Assembly: GCA_964019425.1 (NCBI GenBank)
Contig: OZ025794.1
Coordinates: 124,001-188,000, forward strand
Length of the DNA: 64,000 nucleotides
Direction: 5' to 3'
Source: Flectonema sp. DT1601
Taxonomy: Eukaryota
Shown: piece by piece, positions 45,192-56,348 of the stretch
Position numbering within the stretch: position 1 is the stretch's first letter
Layout of the letters: every line of letters starts with the position of its first letter
The notes under the pieces: model-generated
Seen by the model: the letters and a program-made list of their open reading frames with translations, nothing else
The model's database searches: none
What the model was told of the DNA's origin: nothing
Translations under genes and position numbers: made by a program

Positions 45192-47405
45192 TAACAGTAA
45201 TTTAAGTTATGAGATTCTTACGAGCGAGAAGTTAACCAGAAGTAAGTGACGACCCTGACCAACTGAAGCTATAACAATGCAGTATAAAACAAATTGACAG
45301 TTTGAAGAAGGGAAAAGTAACGTCACACGTAAAATAAAGGAATTTATCAATTCCATATCTGTGGAGATAACGTAAATATAAAATCACCAAACTTCTCCTA
45401 TTTTTATTTTCTTTTTATATTCCAACAACTATGAAAGTAAAAATCTCACACAGGTGACAAATTATTGTAATTCCACCTCTGAAGTATATCGACTGGCGGT
45501 ACATTAAAATTGTGTTTTTTTTTTTTTTTTTTTTTTTTTATTTGACTGATATACATAAATATCATGAAAGCATCGACAGATACGGCGAGCAAATATGGGG
45601 CGCCTGTTTAATATAATAATAAGTTTTTTTTTTTTTTTTTTTTTTTTTGTAATTGAGCCGACAACGAAGGACAACAAGAAACATGATACGACACCAGGAA
45701 AGACGATAAAGAAAAACAAAAACAAATAAAGGGTGGACGTGAACGAAGGTCACAGTCACCCTGACAGTTGTAGGTGATAAAAAAAAATACCCGTCCAACT
45801 TAGAGAAACAAATGGCTGACCAAGAAAGCAATCTTTTTTTTTTTTTTTTTAAAGGACTAACAAAGTAGTAACAAAACTGTTTTTTTTTTTTTCTTTGAGT
45901 TAATTGTGACGCAAGTGCGACATGAATCGGCAACTGCAACAACTCACTACGAAGAAAAAACAATGCAACCACAACAGAGACACAAGACGTAATCTCTTAC
46001 TCTTTCACCTGAATGATAAAGCATAGAATAACAAGGGATCGATTCTCTCGGTCATGTTTTCGTTGGTTCTTAACCCGAGAAGGAATAATTTAAGGTAAGG
46101 CTCCAAAACTGACCAGCAGTAATGTACCATACCTTTGATTCTCTTTGGTGCATCCTGAGACGACATTGTTTGCACGCACAAGGGGGAAAAGATTTTAACA
46201 GAACGTATCGTATCATAACATAAAAAAAAGACTAATATAACAATCTGTTAAAGTGCTTAATCTTAGCCTATTAAAAATAACTACTGCGTTTGGATAATTG
46301 TTTGATTTTGTAAATTAGACCTAAAAAGTTTTACTTGCGGCTTAACTGAAGGCTTCCGAGCACCACATCACGGGCTCTGTGTATTTTAAACCATAAGACC
46401 TCTTTTTTTATTATACGGAAGATAGATAAGTGTCTACGGTATTCATTTGTTTTTTTTTTTGTTTTTGTTCCTTTTTTTGTCAAACAACAAAAACTCGAAG
46501 AAAAAAAAACTTGCGGACTGAATCACTCCTCTTTAACAAAGTCTGGAGTGTAGTTTTTATGTTCAAAGCGAACTCCCAACAAAACCCTCCTCTACAACGA
46601 ATGTGTGATACGCCATTCAAAGTCAAATTAGAATGGGTTGAAGAGCACTACGAATCGGTTCTCTTCTTCCAATTACAATTTTTCTGAGAAACAGTCACAT
46701 GGGACTTTGTGAAATCAACATTCTTGCGAGCTTAGGCCTCTTTTTTTTTTTTTTTTCTTCGAAGCAGAGGGATTGAATATTTGAATTTGTACGTAAAATA
46801 CAAATGTATTGTTGGAACCGAAAGCCAGGAAAAGCTCACAGGGTAACAATTATATCGCTACCAGCAACCGTGAGACTCTCACAAATGTAACATTAGTTTT
46901 AGATACAGTGACTACGAACGTGCGATGCTTTTTGTTCAAGGCAGTGGGGTAACAAATTTCCGTATTAACACAAAAGGATTAATATCAGGTACTTGCTTTT
47001 TCCTTTTTTTTTTGAAGCATGGGTGAAAAAAACATAGAAGTCGAAAGAGAATGTTGCACAAAGACGTTACTGTATAACTCGACAGTAATTTCAGGTTAAT
47101 TAATTGTCCTTGACTGCAACGGGGGAAAGAAAAAAAAAAAGGGGGAAAGAAATGATACGAACTGACAAGTATTAAATGTTCATCGATACACACTTTTCTT
47201 TGAAAAAAGGGAATTTATTTTACGAAGTAAAACAAAAAAAAAAAAAAAAAAAAAGTCCGCGGAGGTGAAATCCGAAAAAGGATTCCCTCACACAAGACAT
47301 TATTCAGTATAACGGAAATGTCAGTCACCAAGCTAGCTGGTTAGTTCGCGATGGTGGACTACACCACAAACATCAAAATAACCCTTTTGGCAACAAAAAC
47401 ACAGG

Positions 47406-47436
<31 letters not shown>

Positions 47437-48503
47437 TGTAAAAAAAAATAATAATAATATTGGGTAGAAAGAAATTTAGCGAACGACTGGCTAAGATCAA
47501 TCTCGATCCCTACTTCGGGTAAGTTTTTTTCTTAAGCCTGTTTATGTCGCCAGAATCGGAAGATCCACGGGTCCGTGTTATTTTATTTTTTTTTAAAAAA
47601 AAAAAATTAAAAAAATTTGAACGTAGAATTCTGCAGAATAATCTCAGATGCGATTCTCATGAAGAAAAAGGGATAAAAGAGGGTGGAAGAAGACAAAAAA
47701 AAAAAAAGAACAAAAAAAAGCAAAAAAGGAAACGGGTTTATAAAATAATATAAAAATAGTCAGATACAAGTACCAATTAAATTTAACATGGTTGTAGTAT
47801 ATTGACGGAGCTACGAAACTAGGTAACACCACACAACATCCAATCCGTGAACGGATCTTCATATAATTTTCAGGGGTAGATAGGCGCGCTATTTCGGTTT
47901 TATTTTATTTTTTGTTCTTAACGAATCTTCTTCAAAACCGGAGCTTGATTCCTGTCTACAGTTATCTACTACTTTAGAATTATAAAGTTAAAGTTAGCAA
48001 GAGCGAGTCTACTACGCCGCCGAGTAACTCCATTCCCAGGTCAGGAATTTCAAGACGGAAACAACGATTAGAACAGAATAACTGTTTTACTTTTTTTTTT
48101 TTAAAGTGCTATTTTACTTGTAAAATACACCTTTTCAAGCAACTATTGGGTTTTTGGGTTTGATAGGGTTTGGTGTTAGACTCACCGCCCTGACTAGCAA
48201 ATTAGGCTAAGGAAATTCAAGGTCAATCTGAGTCCAACAAGCATAGTGGCATATTTTTTTTTGGTTTATTTAAAATTATTGCAAGTACAACAGAATAAAA
48301 AAGTGAAGAAAACATCTCTACAACAGATGCCCTCTTCTTTATGAAGCGATATGGAAAAAAAAAAAAAAAAAAAAAAAGTCACTTTAATTTACAGAGCACA
48401 TAAATACAACATAAAAAGAAGGCATCCAAGTTTTTTTTTTTTTTAAAGTTTTTAGTATACTATATTAGAATAATATAGTTAGCAAAGCAAGTCCCGAATA
48501 TCA

Positions 48504-48554
48504 GTTAGGTAGGCGTTCAAAGAGAACTAAATAGTTCTCTTGAACCTACCTAAC
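48504..48554. other. Near-perfect inverted repeat (about 23-bp stem, 2-nt loop)
   Basis: GTTAGGTAG(gc)GTTCA(a)AGAGAACTA-aa-TAGTTCTCT-TGAAC-CTACCTAAC. Confidence 0.85.
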
Positions 48555-49286
48555 CTCTTCGCAGTATCGCTAATACTGCGGACTGATGGACCAGTAGTTG
48601 AATCCCAGAGAGATTTTTGTTTTGTTTTTTTTCGGGTCAAAGAAGAATAATCAACACTCGTAAACTAGTTGAGGGGTTGACAATGAGAAAAAATAAATAA
48701 CCAGAATAGAAATTAAAAAAAAAAAAACTAAAACAGAAGCCAAAAAAAAAAAAAAAAAAAAAAAACTGACTGCGCACGAAGCTGTAGTTCCTGCTTTATA
48801 TCATTAGACTGTGAGGAACAACTTGTACTGCCAAAAAACACTTTTTTAAGTAATACTGCTCTGTACTTTTTTTTGTTTTTTTGTTTTCATCGAGGTAACA
48901 GAACAGGGAGAAAAAAAAAAGAAAAAAAAAGAGAAAGAAATGAGAAAACATTGTTCACAAAAGACCTGCAGGCTCGCATTTCAAGAAACAAAAGCTCTTC
49001 AGGTGTTCCAACTTAATTATGAGGTTGGGATGGGGTGAGGCGAGTGAGTACTTTGTGTCATAAACTCATAGTCGTTTTGATTCAACGTTGTTATCTATGT
49101 ATGTACTCTACAAGAAAACTAAGGATAATTACTTTTTGCTATTATACTTTTTTTTTTACCGGTCGACAAAAAAAAAAAAAAAAAAATCTTTTTTTTGAAA
49201 AGAATTTGTTGACGATTCAATTTAATTGGTTTCAACCACAAAGGACAAGCTGCAAAAAAAAAAAAAAAAAAAAACCAAAATCGGCA

Positions 49287-50341
49287 AACTTCACTTTTTA
49301 CTATTCTACTCACACTTTTGTTTTGTTTGTGCGCAACCGGTAACAAAATCCTACCAAAGGAATAGGTTACGCTGCCACAATTCTCTTTCTACCGAATAAT
49401 GGGTTTGTAGGTACAAAAAAAAAAAAAGAGAAAAAAAAAGGGCAGCATTCTAACTTTTTCTTTTTTATCGTAAAAAAGAATGATATTTTGCTTTTTTTTT
49501 TTTTTTTTGTATTTTTGATTTAAAAAAAACGCAAGAGCTTTTTTTTTTTTTTTTTTTTTTTTTGGAAACCAACGCAATCAGCAACTAAGGCGATACCATT
49601 GGAATTTTATATAGCGCGTACTGTTTACATAAAGAAGGAAGAAAAAAAAATGGGCAGCACACGTAAACACCTCCATTTAGCATTCTAAGTTGTAGTCAGG
49701 TTGTCGTCACTTGTTAATTATTATCAGAATGTCTACTCCAACACCGATACTAAAATGTTCGACGAAGCCGGAATTAACTGTCACACGAATATAGTGCAAA
49801 GGGCAAGACGGAACGTGATGCAGCACAGGAATTTGGTTTATTATATACGGAGGGAAACAATTTTTTAAAATAAAAAATAAAAAATATTTTTCTTTATTCC
49901 CGTTCAAACATTGTAGCATGCTTGTTCAGAAAAAAAAAGAAAACTAAACAACGAGTACATATCAGTTCAGCTGTTTTGCTTGATTGCGAAGGAAACGTAT
50001 TTTTCGAATTTAAAAAAAATAATAAACATGAAATGAAATGAAACGTTTACTTGCAAACAAAAAAAAGCAAGGCCAAGCACGCCATGAAAACAAGAAAAAG
50101 CAGGGAAAATAAAAGAAGATTTTAACTCTGGTTTGAGTGACGTTACGGTGACAAAAGAACAACAAGCAATAATTAATAATATAAGTTACGTGGAATATAT
50201 AAAAAAAATTATTAAAAAAATAATAAGATTATCAGTCAACTTCACAGCTAACTTTTTTTTTTTAACTCACACTTTTGTATTGTTTGTGCGCAACTGGTAC
50301 AAAAATCCTAATAAAGGAATAGGTTAGTTACGCTGCCACAA
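49287..50341 (+). repeat. Two ~95-100-bp direct copies (49287..49380 and 50238..50341); diverged relatives of family A
   Basis: actcacacttttg..tgtttgtgcgcaac.ggta..aaatccta..aaaggaataggtta..cgctgccacaa in both. Confidence 0.85.
49632..49686 (-). repeat. Partial inverted copy of family A
   Basis: tgggcagcacacgtaaacacctccatttagc is the reverse complement of the family A core. Confidence 0.75.
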
Positions 50342-50346
50342 TATAC

Positions 50347-53300
50347 TCAGACGATAACAGGTTTCAGATCGACACCTCTCCCCGCAGCATGTCGCATTGA
50401 TTTAATCATGGACCTGCGGTTTGGAGCAGGAAGACGTGATGAACCAGTAGAACGAACACTGCTTAGCAATGCAGCTGTTGACATCACAGGTGAGAGAGAC
50501 GTATCATTACTCTCTGAAATCTCAGGAGACATTGGAACAGGTGATTCATTTTCGTAAAAAGAACCATCCAAATCAGCATTAGGCAATGAATGCATCGACG
50601 CAATGGAAGAAGTGTAAGACTCCTCTAGAAGTTCTAACCCCGCTTGCTTGTTATTGTCAACGTTGTTTATTACGGAAATGTTATCGTAGCAGGCGCTTAT
50701 TATTTCCAATGCTCCTTTTAAAAACATGAAAACGATGCTGCAATACAACATTACGACAGCAATCTGTGAAGCCGTAGATTTTGGATCACTCCCAGTAAGA
50801 TGAATAATGATGAAAAACGCTGCGATTAATTGACATGCGGTACCCCCAATCATGGCAAAATTGTTGGTGGGAGCGTGATATGGTCGTTTTTTAACTAGCA
50901 TTGCAAAATACAAGATGTACAAAGCGAAAACGATGTACAGTTGAATTTTACAGCCATCACTGCTAGTCGCTTCAATGCCGTCAATAATCGCGAGAATTGA
51001 AACAAAACTAATTTCCAACAACATGAATCGATGGTGTTGAGGCCAAAAATCATAAAAAAGTAATCGGTATCTCCAAACAAAAGTCGCATCTTTTTTTGAG
51101 AAATAATCACCCTTACCTAAAGCAGTATACTTTATCTTCTCCATCGTTGACTTTGGTGGAGGAAATTCCTCAAAAGTACATTGCTCATTAAACCGTGTTG
51201 GACGTGTGACCCACCAAACGGTAAATACCACACTACCATTATAAAGCAATAAAGATAATATAGCGAGCAGTTTTCCTTTAATCTGAGGTTCGTGAAACAA
51301 CACGTTAATACTACTCTCAAATGTTGTTTGATAAAAGAATAATCCGGGAAGAAAAGTATAACATGGAAACCTTGTTATGGACATTGCTCCATAAAGAGTC
51401 GCCCATTTACTTGATTGTCGTTTGCAGTGATAGACGACGATAACACATAAGAAGTGGAACACTAAGATCATAAATATTAAAAGAGCATTTCCAATCATGG
51501 CACCAACACGCTCAGGAGCACTGTAGCTTTTAAAGTGAAAGTTCAACGGATTTTGAGTCCAAGTCAGTTCACCTCCTCCAATCTCAACAGGACACTCTAG
51601 TAAATGCAACAGCGATGTTGTACGACCCGGATTAGTTGGGGAACCGAGTGCTGATACGACTTCGACAGCACCTTTTTCTTCAGCAGAAATCGGAGGTTCT
51701 TTCTGAATAATTGTATACTTATTAGCCTGTGGTTCAGGATTAGAAAGCATTGTTCCTTCTGTAAGCGCAGAGTCTTTCACGTTAACGGTAATGTCTTCAG
51801 TTCTTTTGGATAAAAATCCATCCGAAGGTTTCATGTATATCCTTATAGTGTTGTTAGATATACGTTCTATTTGTGTGAAAGAAGGCTTTGAAATGTGCTT
51901 TTCAAAACCAGTAAGGAGCTTTGGGTGATTTGTCGAAAAGACAATATCAGTACCAACGTTGATTTCACTGGCATTTTTCCACTGAATCCCTCCGGTCAAT
52001 TCAACTACGAATACAGCTCTTCCCTCTTTGACGTCGTCACTTTTAACTTCAGTTATTTCCTTGAGACTTGATATGCCTATTGGATTACAACATAATTCTT
52101 CTGTACAGGTATTGTCGCTTCTGCGGCAGCTTTGTTTTTCAGGTTTTGAGAAGAATGCTGTCTGCCCATCGACGCATTGACCGTTGTATAACTTGCACGA
52201 TGCTACACATGTGTCGCCTACTGAACTCAGATAACCATCAGAACATGTGCATGAGTATTTGTCTCCGCTTTTAATACATTGTCCTCCATCTCCTTTATAG
52301 CATTTGTTTAAACCAGAATCACATGGATGTGGTACCGGGTCGCCCTCACAGCAACCTGCTGCCGCACATGAAGAAATACTTTTACTCTTACAAGGGATTG
52401 TTTCTGGATTACTCTTCTTTGGATTCTTACATTCCGAATATGTTGCACAGGTCGCAGTACACTTGTGTCTCGAATAATTCTCAGTACACCCTGCTACACA
52501 CATGTATCCTTGACTGCAGTAACAGTTATAAGTTAGTCCAATACTCTTTGAACAGACACCATTTGTCTTATCACAACTATGACTTTCATCATCACATGGA
52601 TGTACTGGTGGTGAGAGAGTTGGTACAGCAGTTGGTGCATATGTTGGAGTCGCAGTAGGTGGAGTAGTTGGCACGGCCGTTGGTACTTCGGTAGGCACGG
52701 CCGTTGGGACAGAAGTTGGAGCAGCCGTCGGTGTCGCAGTCGTGGGCACGGCAGTTGGAGCTGTTGGGACAGCAGTCGGCACTGCTGTCGGTACTGCTGT
52801 TGGGACAGCAGTCGGTACGGCAGTCGGGACAGCAGTCGGCACTGCTGTCGGTACGGCAGTCGGTACTGCTGTCGGTACGGCAGTCGGTACTACTGTCGGG
52901 ACAGAAGTTGGAGCAGCCGTCGGTGTCGCAGTCGTGGGCACGGCAGTTGGAATTGCTGTCGGGACAGCGGTCGGCACTGCTGTCGGTACGGCGGTCGGGA
53001 CAGCGGTCGGTACTATTGTCGGTACTGCTGTTGGGACAGCAGTCGGGACAGCGGTTGGCACTGCGGTCGGTACTACTGTCGGTACTGCTGTTGGGACAGC
53101 AGTCGGCACTGCTGTCGGTACGGCAGTCGGTACTACTGTTGGGACAGCAGTCGGCACTGCTGTCGGTACTGCTGTTGGGACAGCGGTCGGCACTGCTGTC
53201 GGTACTGCTGTTGGGACAGCGGTAGGTACGGCGGTCGGTACTGTTGTTGGGACAGCGGTCGGCACTGTGGTCGGTACTGCTGTTGGGACAGCGGTAGGTA

Positions 53301-55722
53301 CGGCGGTCGGTACTGTTGTCGGTACTGCTGTTGGGACAGCAGTCGGTACGGCAGTCGGGACAGCGGTCGGTACGGTGGTCGGCACTGCTGTTGGGACAGC
53401 AGTCGGCACGGCGGTCGGTACTGCTGTTGGGACGGCAGTCGGGACAGCGGTCGGTGCTACTGTCGGGACAGCGGTAGGAATAGCAGTTGGGATTGCTGTT
53501 GGAATGGCTGTCGGGATCGCTGTTGGAATGGCTGTCGGGATTGCTGTTGGAATGGCTGTCGGGATCGCTGTTGGAATGGCTGTCGGGATCGCTGTTGGGA
53601 CGGCAGTCGGGACAGCGGTCGGTGCTACTGTCGGGACAGCGGTAGGAATAGCAGTTGGGATTGCTGTTGGAATGGCTGTCGGGATCGCTGTTGGAATGGC
53701 TGTCGGGATCGCTGTTGGAATGGCTGTCGGGATCGCTGTTGGAATGGCTGTCGGGATCGCTGTTGGAATGGCTGTCGGGATTGCTGTTGGAATGGCTGTC
53801 GGGATCGCTGTTGGAATGGCTGTCGGGATCGCTGTTGGAATAGCAGTTGGGATTGCTGTTGGAATGGCTGTCGGGATCGCTGTTGGAATGGCTGTCGGGA
53901 TCGCTGTTGGAATAGCAGTTGGGATTGCTGTTGGAATGGCTGTCGGGATCGCTGTTGGAATTGCGGTGGGCACGGACGTCACAGGCGTACAGTCGCTCCT
54001 GACACTTTCAACCTCCGTCTGGGAGAGAACTTTTTTGAAAATCATAATCTCATCGATTTCAACATTTTGAGAAATACTTCTTTGACCCCTAGCATCACTA
54101 CCAGATATTGATATTCCATAAGTTGGGGATTCAGATGTGTAGATCACAGTCCTTGGCTGAATCGTCGAAGCTACACCAGCAGATACACCGTCGAGATATG
54201 CGGCTAATCCGGTATCGGTTTTCGTAAAGCAAACGTGTTGCCAAGCTATGCTGCTGAGAGAAACTCTTATGGATCCCAATGAGTTAATACCAGCTGCGTA
54301 AAATACTATGTTGTTGCTTTGGATTTCAATACCAAATCCAGTACTATCATCTTGCTCACTCGAAGTAGGTCTGTGATAGTCGACACCGTACAGAACACCC
54401 GTAGTAAATAAGTCTCGTAGGTTGAACCACAAGCATACAGAGAATCGTGTCTGTGGATAATTAGAATCAGGATACCTATTGAATGAGTGATACTGTACTT
54501 GACCGCGACCAGCTACTGTCCGAAGTTCAATAGCGTTTCCTACAGGTCCTAGAACAACCCTTGATGCTCCTGAGTTCTTGTAATACGGAACCTCAGCAAG
54601 TTCTCCGTCATCAACACTCGCCTGAGTAAGTTGAGCGTTTGGGTAATCAAAATTAACTCTCCAGTATAATGATCCTATTGCTGTTTGACATTTACCTGAG
54701 TTACGTGATGGTGAAGTATTAGCCTTTTGACATATGTATTCTTTCATTCGTTGTTTTCGCTCTTGTTTCCATCCCGTTCCCCCACCTCTGAATTTTCGAA
54801 CCATCGAATTACTATTTCCTATACGTCCCCCACGTCCTCCACGACCTCCACCACGCCCTCCTCCACTACCTCCACTCCAGTTCTCGTAGTAGAGAGGAGT
54901 AGAAACTCCTTGCTGTGGCGGAAAGCCCCCCCCAGCGTTCCAGATCCAGTTGCGATAGGGAGTTGCAATCGTATCGATGTAGGTTAGGGAAGTAAAAAAC
55001 TCGTCAAAATTCTTACCCCTAGCAATAGCGGTTATAGCCGAATCAATCGGGCCTGTGTTCAACGTTGCCAGGTGTCCTCCGAAAGAAGCACAGTGGTCCG
55101 CTGCGCAATTATGAATTTCGTCGCTTCCACTGAAAAAAATGTCAACCCCAACTGAAGTGGTTTCCCATGGATTAGCAGGACCAGGAACATAGTTTTTTTC
55201 ACAAATGAATTCGTGACGATCGTTGCAATCTTCCCACTCCCACCTTCCTAAATCTCTTTCGGCAAGGGCGCAGCGAAGACCAACTGCTGTTGGTGAAAGG
55301 GTTCCGAATTCAAAAGAACTACGGCCTGGTGTATTTCCTGTGCAAGACGGTTCATCATTACAACCAGCGCTAACGTGTAACACTCTGGGATTCCTGAGGA
55401 TATGGCCAATCCAAACATCGTCTCGTCTTCCAAAAAGCGTAGAAACTTTTGTCCACTCTTCTTCTGAATTAAAAATAGCCAACTCGCCTCCACCGCTCAC
55501 ACAGCGTTGATGGGCAGCGAAGTAATTTTGGGCTGGTGACATTACTCTGTATTGTTTACCATTGTATATCAGATCACTACCATCATTTGCACAAGGACTG
55601 CAACTGTTAGAATCCCACCGACATCCTGCTTCAAAACAAGTTTGCGAAGCAGTTATGCCCCAGCAATGCCTTTTAAAGTTCGCTGCGTTTGACAGACCGA
55701 ACAATAACAACAACAGCGACAT
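50347..55722 (-). CDS. Large cell-surface protein: signal peptide, two C-type lectin domains, LamG, PT-repeat stalk, EGF-like domains, multi-pass TM region
   Basis: MSLLLLLFG signal; CTL motifs (GGELA...WIG...WEWEDC..FICE; GGHLAT...YICQ); LamG (FSVCLWF, WQHVCFT, IDEIMIFKKVLS); (PTA[IV])n; HPCD..C EGF-like; about 7-8 TM helices. Confidence 0.9.
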   Translation of the reverse strand: MSLLLLLFGLSNAANFKRHCWGITASQTCFEAGCRWDSNSCSPCANDGSDLIYNGKQYRVMSPAQNYFAAHQRCVSGGGELAIFNSEEEWTKVSTLFGRRDDVWIGHILRNPRVLHVSAGCNDEPSCTGNTPGRSSFEFGTLSPTAVGLRCALAERDLGRWEWEDCNDRHEFICEKNYVPGPANPWETTSVGVDIFFSGSDEIHNCAADHCASFGGHLATLNTGPIDSAITAIARGKNFDEFFTSLTYIDTIATPYRNWIWNAGGGFPPQQGVSTPLYYENWSGGSGGGRGGGRGGRGGRIGNSNSMVRKFRGGGTGWKQERKQRMKEYICQKANTSPSRNSGKCQTAIGSLYWRVNFDYPNAQLTQASVDDGELAEVPYYKNSGASRVVLGPVGNAIELRTVAGRGQVQYHSFNRYPDSNYPQTRFSVCLWFNLRDLFTTGVLYGVDYHRPTSSEQDDSTGFGIEIQSNNIVFYAAGINSLGSIRVSLSSIAWQHVCFTKTDTGLAAYLDGVSAGVASTIQPRTVIYTSESPTYGISISGSDARGQRSISQNVEIDEIMIFKKVLSQTEVESVRSDCTPVTSVPTAIPTAIPTAIPTAIPTAIPTAIPTAIPTAIPTAIPTAIPTAIPTAIPTAIPTAIPTAIPTAIPTAIPTAIPTAIPTAIPTAIPTAIPTAIPTAIPTAIPTAIPTAIPTAVPTVAPTAVPTAVPTAIPTAIPTAIPTAIPTAIPTAIPTAIPTAIPTAIPTAIPTAVPTVAPTAVPTAVPTAVPTAVPTAVPTAVPTTVPTAVPTAVPTAVPTAVPTTVPTAVPTAVPTAVPTTVPTAVPTTVPTAVPTAVPTAVPTAVPTAVPTAVPTAVPTAVPTVVPTAVPTAVPTAVPTAVPTVVPTAVPTAVPTAVPTAVPTIVPTAVPTAVPTAVPTAVPTAIPTAVPTTATPTAAPTSVPTVVPTAVPTAVPTAVPTAVPTAVPTAVPTAVPTAVPTAVPTAVPTAPTAVPTTATPTAAPTSVPTAVPTEVPTAVPTTPPTATPTYAPTAVPTLSPPVHPCDDESHSCDKTNGVCSKSIGLTYNCYCSQGYMCVAGCTENYSRHKCTATCATYSECKNPKKSNPETIPCKSKSISSCAAAGCCEGDPVPHPCDSGLNKCYKGDGGQCIKSGDKYSCTCSDGYLSSVGDTCVASCKLYNGQCVDGQTAFFSKPEKQSCRRSDNTCTEELCCNPIGISSLKEITEVKSDDVKEGRAVFVVELTGGIQWKNASEINVGTDIVFSTNHPKLLTGFEKHISKPSFTQIERISNNTIRIYMKPSDGFLSKRTEDITVNVKDSALTEGTMLSNPEPQANKYTIIQKEPPISAEEKGAVEVVSALGSPTNPGRTTSLLHLLECPVEIGGGELTWTQNPLNFHFKSYSAPERVGAMIGNALLIFMILVFHFLCVIVVYHCKRQSSKWATLYGAMSITRFPCYTFLPGLFFYQTTFESSINVLFHEPQIKGKLLAILSLLLYNGSVVFTVWWVTRPTRFNEQCTFEEFPPPKSTMEKIKYTALGKGDYFSKKDATFVWRYRLLFYDFWPQHHRFMLLEISFVSILAIIDGIEATSSDGCKIQLYIVFALYILYFAMLVKKRPYHAPTNNFAMIGGTACQLIAAFFIIIHLTGSDPKSTASQIAVVMLYCSIVFMFLKGALEIISACYDNISVINNVDNNKQAGLELLEESYTSSIASMHSLPNADLDGSFYENESPVPMSPEISESNDTSLSPVMSTAALLSSVRSTGSSRLPAPNRRSMIKSMRHAAGRGVDLKPVIV
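52600..53985 (-). repeat. 12-bp coding minisatellite encoding about 110 PTAI/PTAV tetrapeptides
   Basis: Directly visible; mostly-PTAI block (about 53465-53966) followed by PTAV block. Confidence 0.95.
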
Positions 55723-55977
55723 ACTACGCAGACCGCCCCGGAATGGTGATCCGTGTGGACCCTGTTGTTCTGTGATAAAGAAAAAAGTAAAAAAAATTTA
55801 ATTCTGTAAAAATAATATATCAGACAAAACAACGCTAAAACGTACTCACTAGTTATCTTGTTGTAACCTTGTAAAAAGGAAAAACTTGCAAGGGATTTTA
55901 AAAAAGAAAAATAGATTTTACTACTTGCTTTCGTTTGTTTACTTTTTTTCTTTTTTAAAAAAATCTATAAAAATATA

Positions 55978-56009
<32 letters not shown>

Positions 56010-56348
56010 AAATGAAAATAATTAATTTCCTTACTAATGTACATAAAAAAAACTTTTTTTTTTTTTTTTTTTTGTTACCTCACAACAATCGCTTGATTTT
56101 TTTTTTAGAAAAAGAAAAAAAAAGCAATCCAGTCCAAAAACTGTAACATCCTAAATGGTTTTTTAGGGTATCTTGGATAAAATTTGTAAGTGACATTCAA
56201 TAACTAACCCGCTATGCGCGAGTTTTTTTTTTTCCTCTTCCCCTCCTGTTTTTTGGAGTCTTTTCCCAACCAAACAAAAATAATACCTGACTGAAACGAA
56301 CAAAAAGTTTTTAAAAAAAAAAAAGAAGAAAACATCTCCTCGTAGTGA

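Noticed and set aside
47488..47500. TGGCTAAGATCAA, matching part of U2 snRNA
   Set aside because: Only 13 nt; flanking U2 stem I and branch-pairing sequence are absent
41900..50330. Many 60-140-aa poly-Phe/poly-Lys ORFs here and in other spacers
   Set aside because: Products of A/T homopolymers, mostly non-ATG starts, no motifs
52704..54070. Plus-strand ORFs (GTAV repeats, 442 aa and others)
   Set aside because: Antisense shadows of the PT-repeat minisatellite
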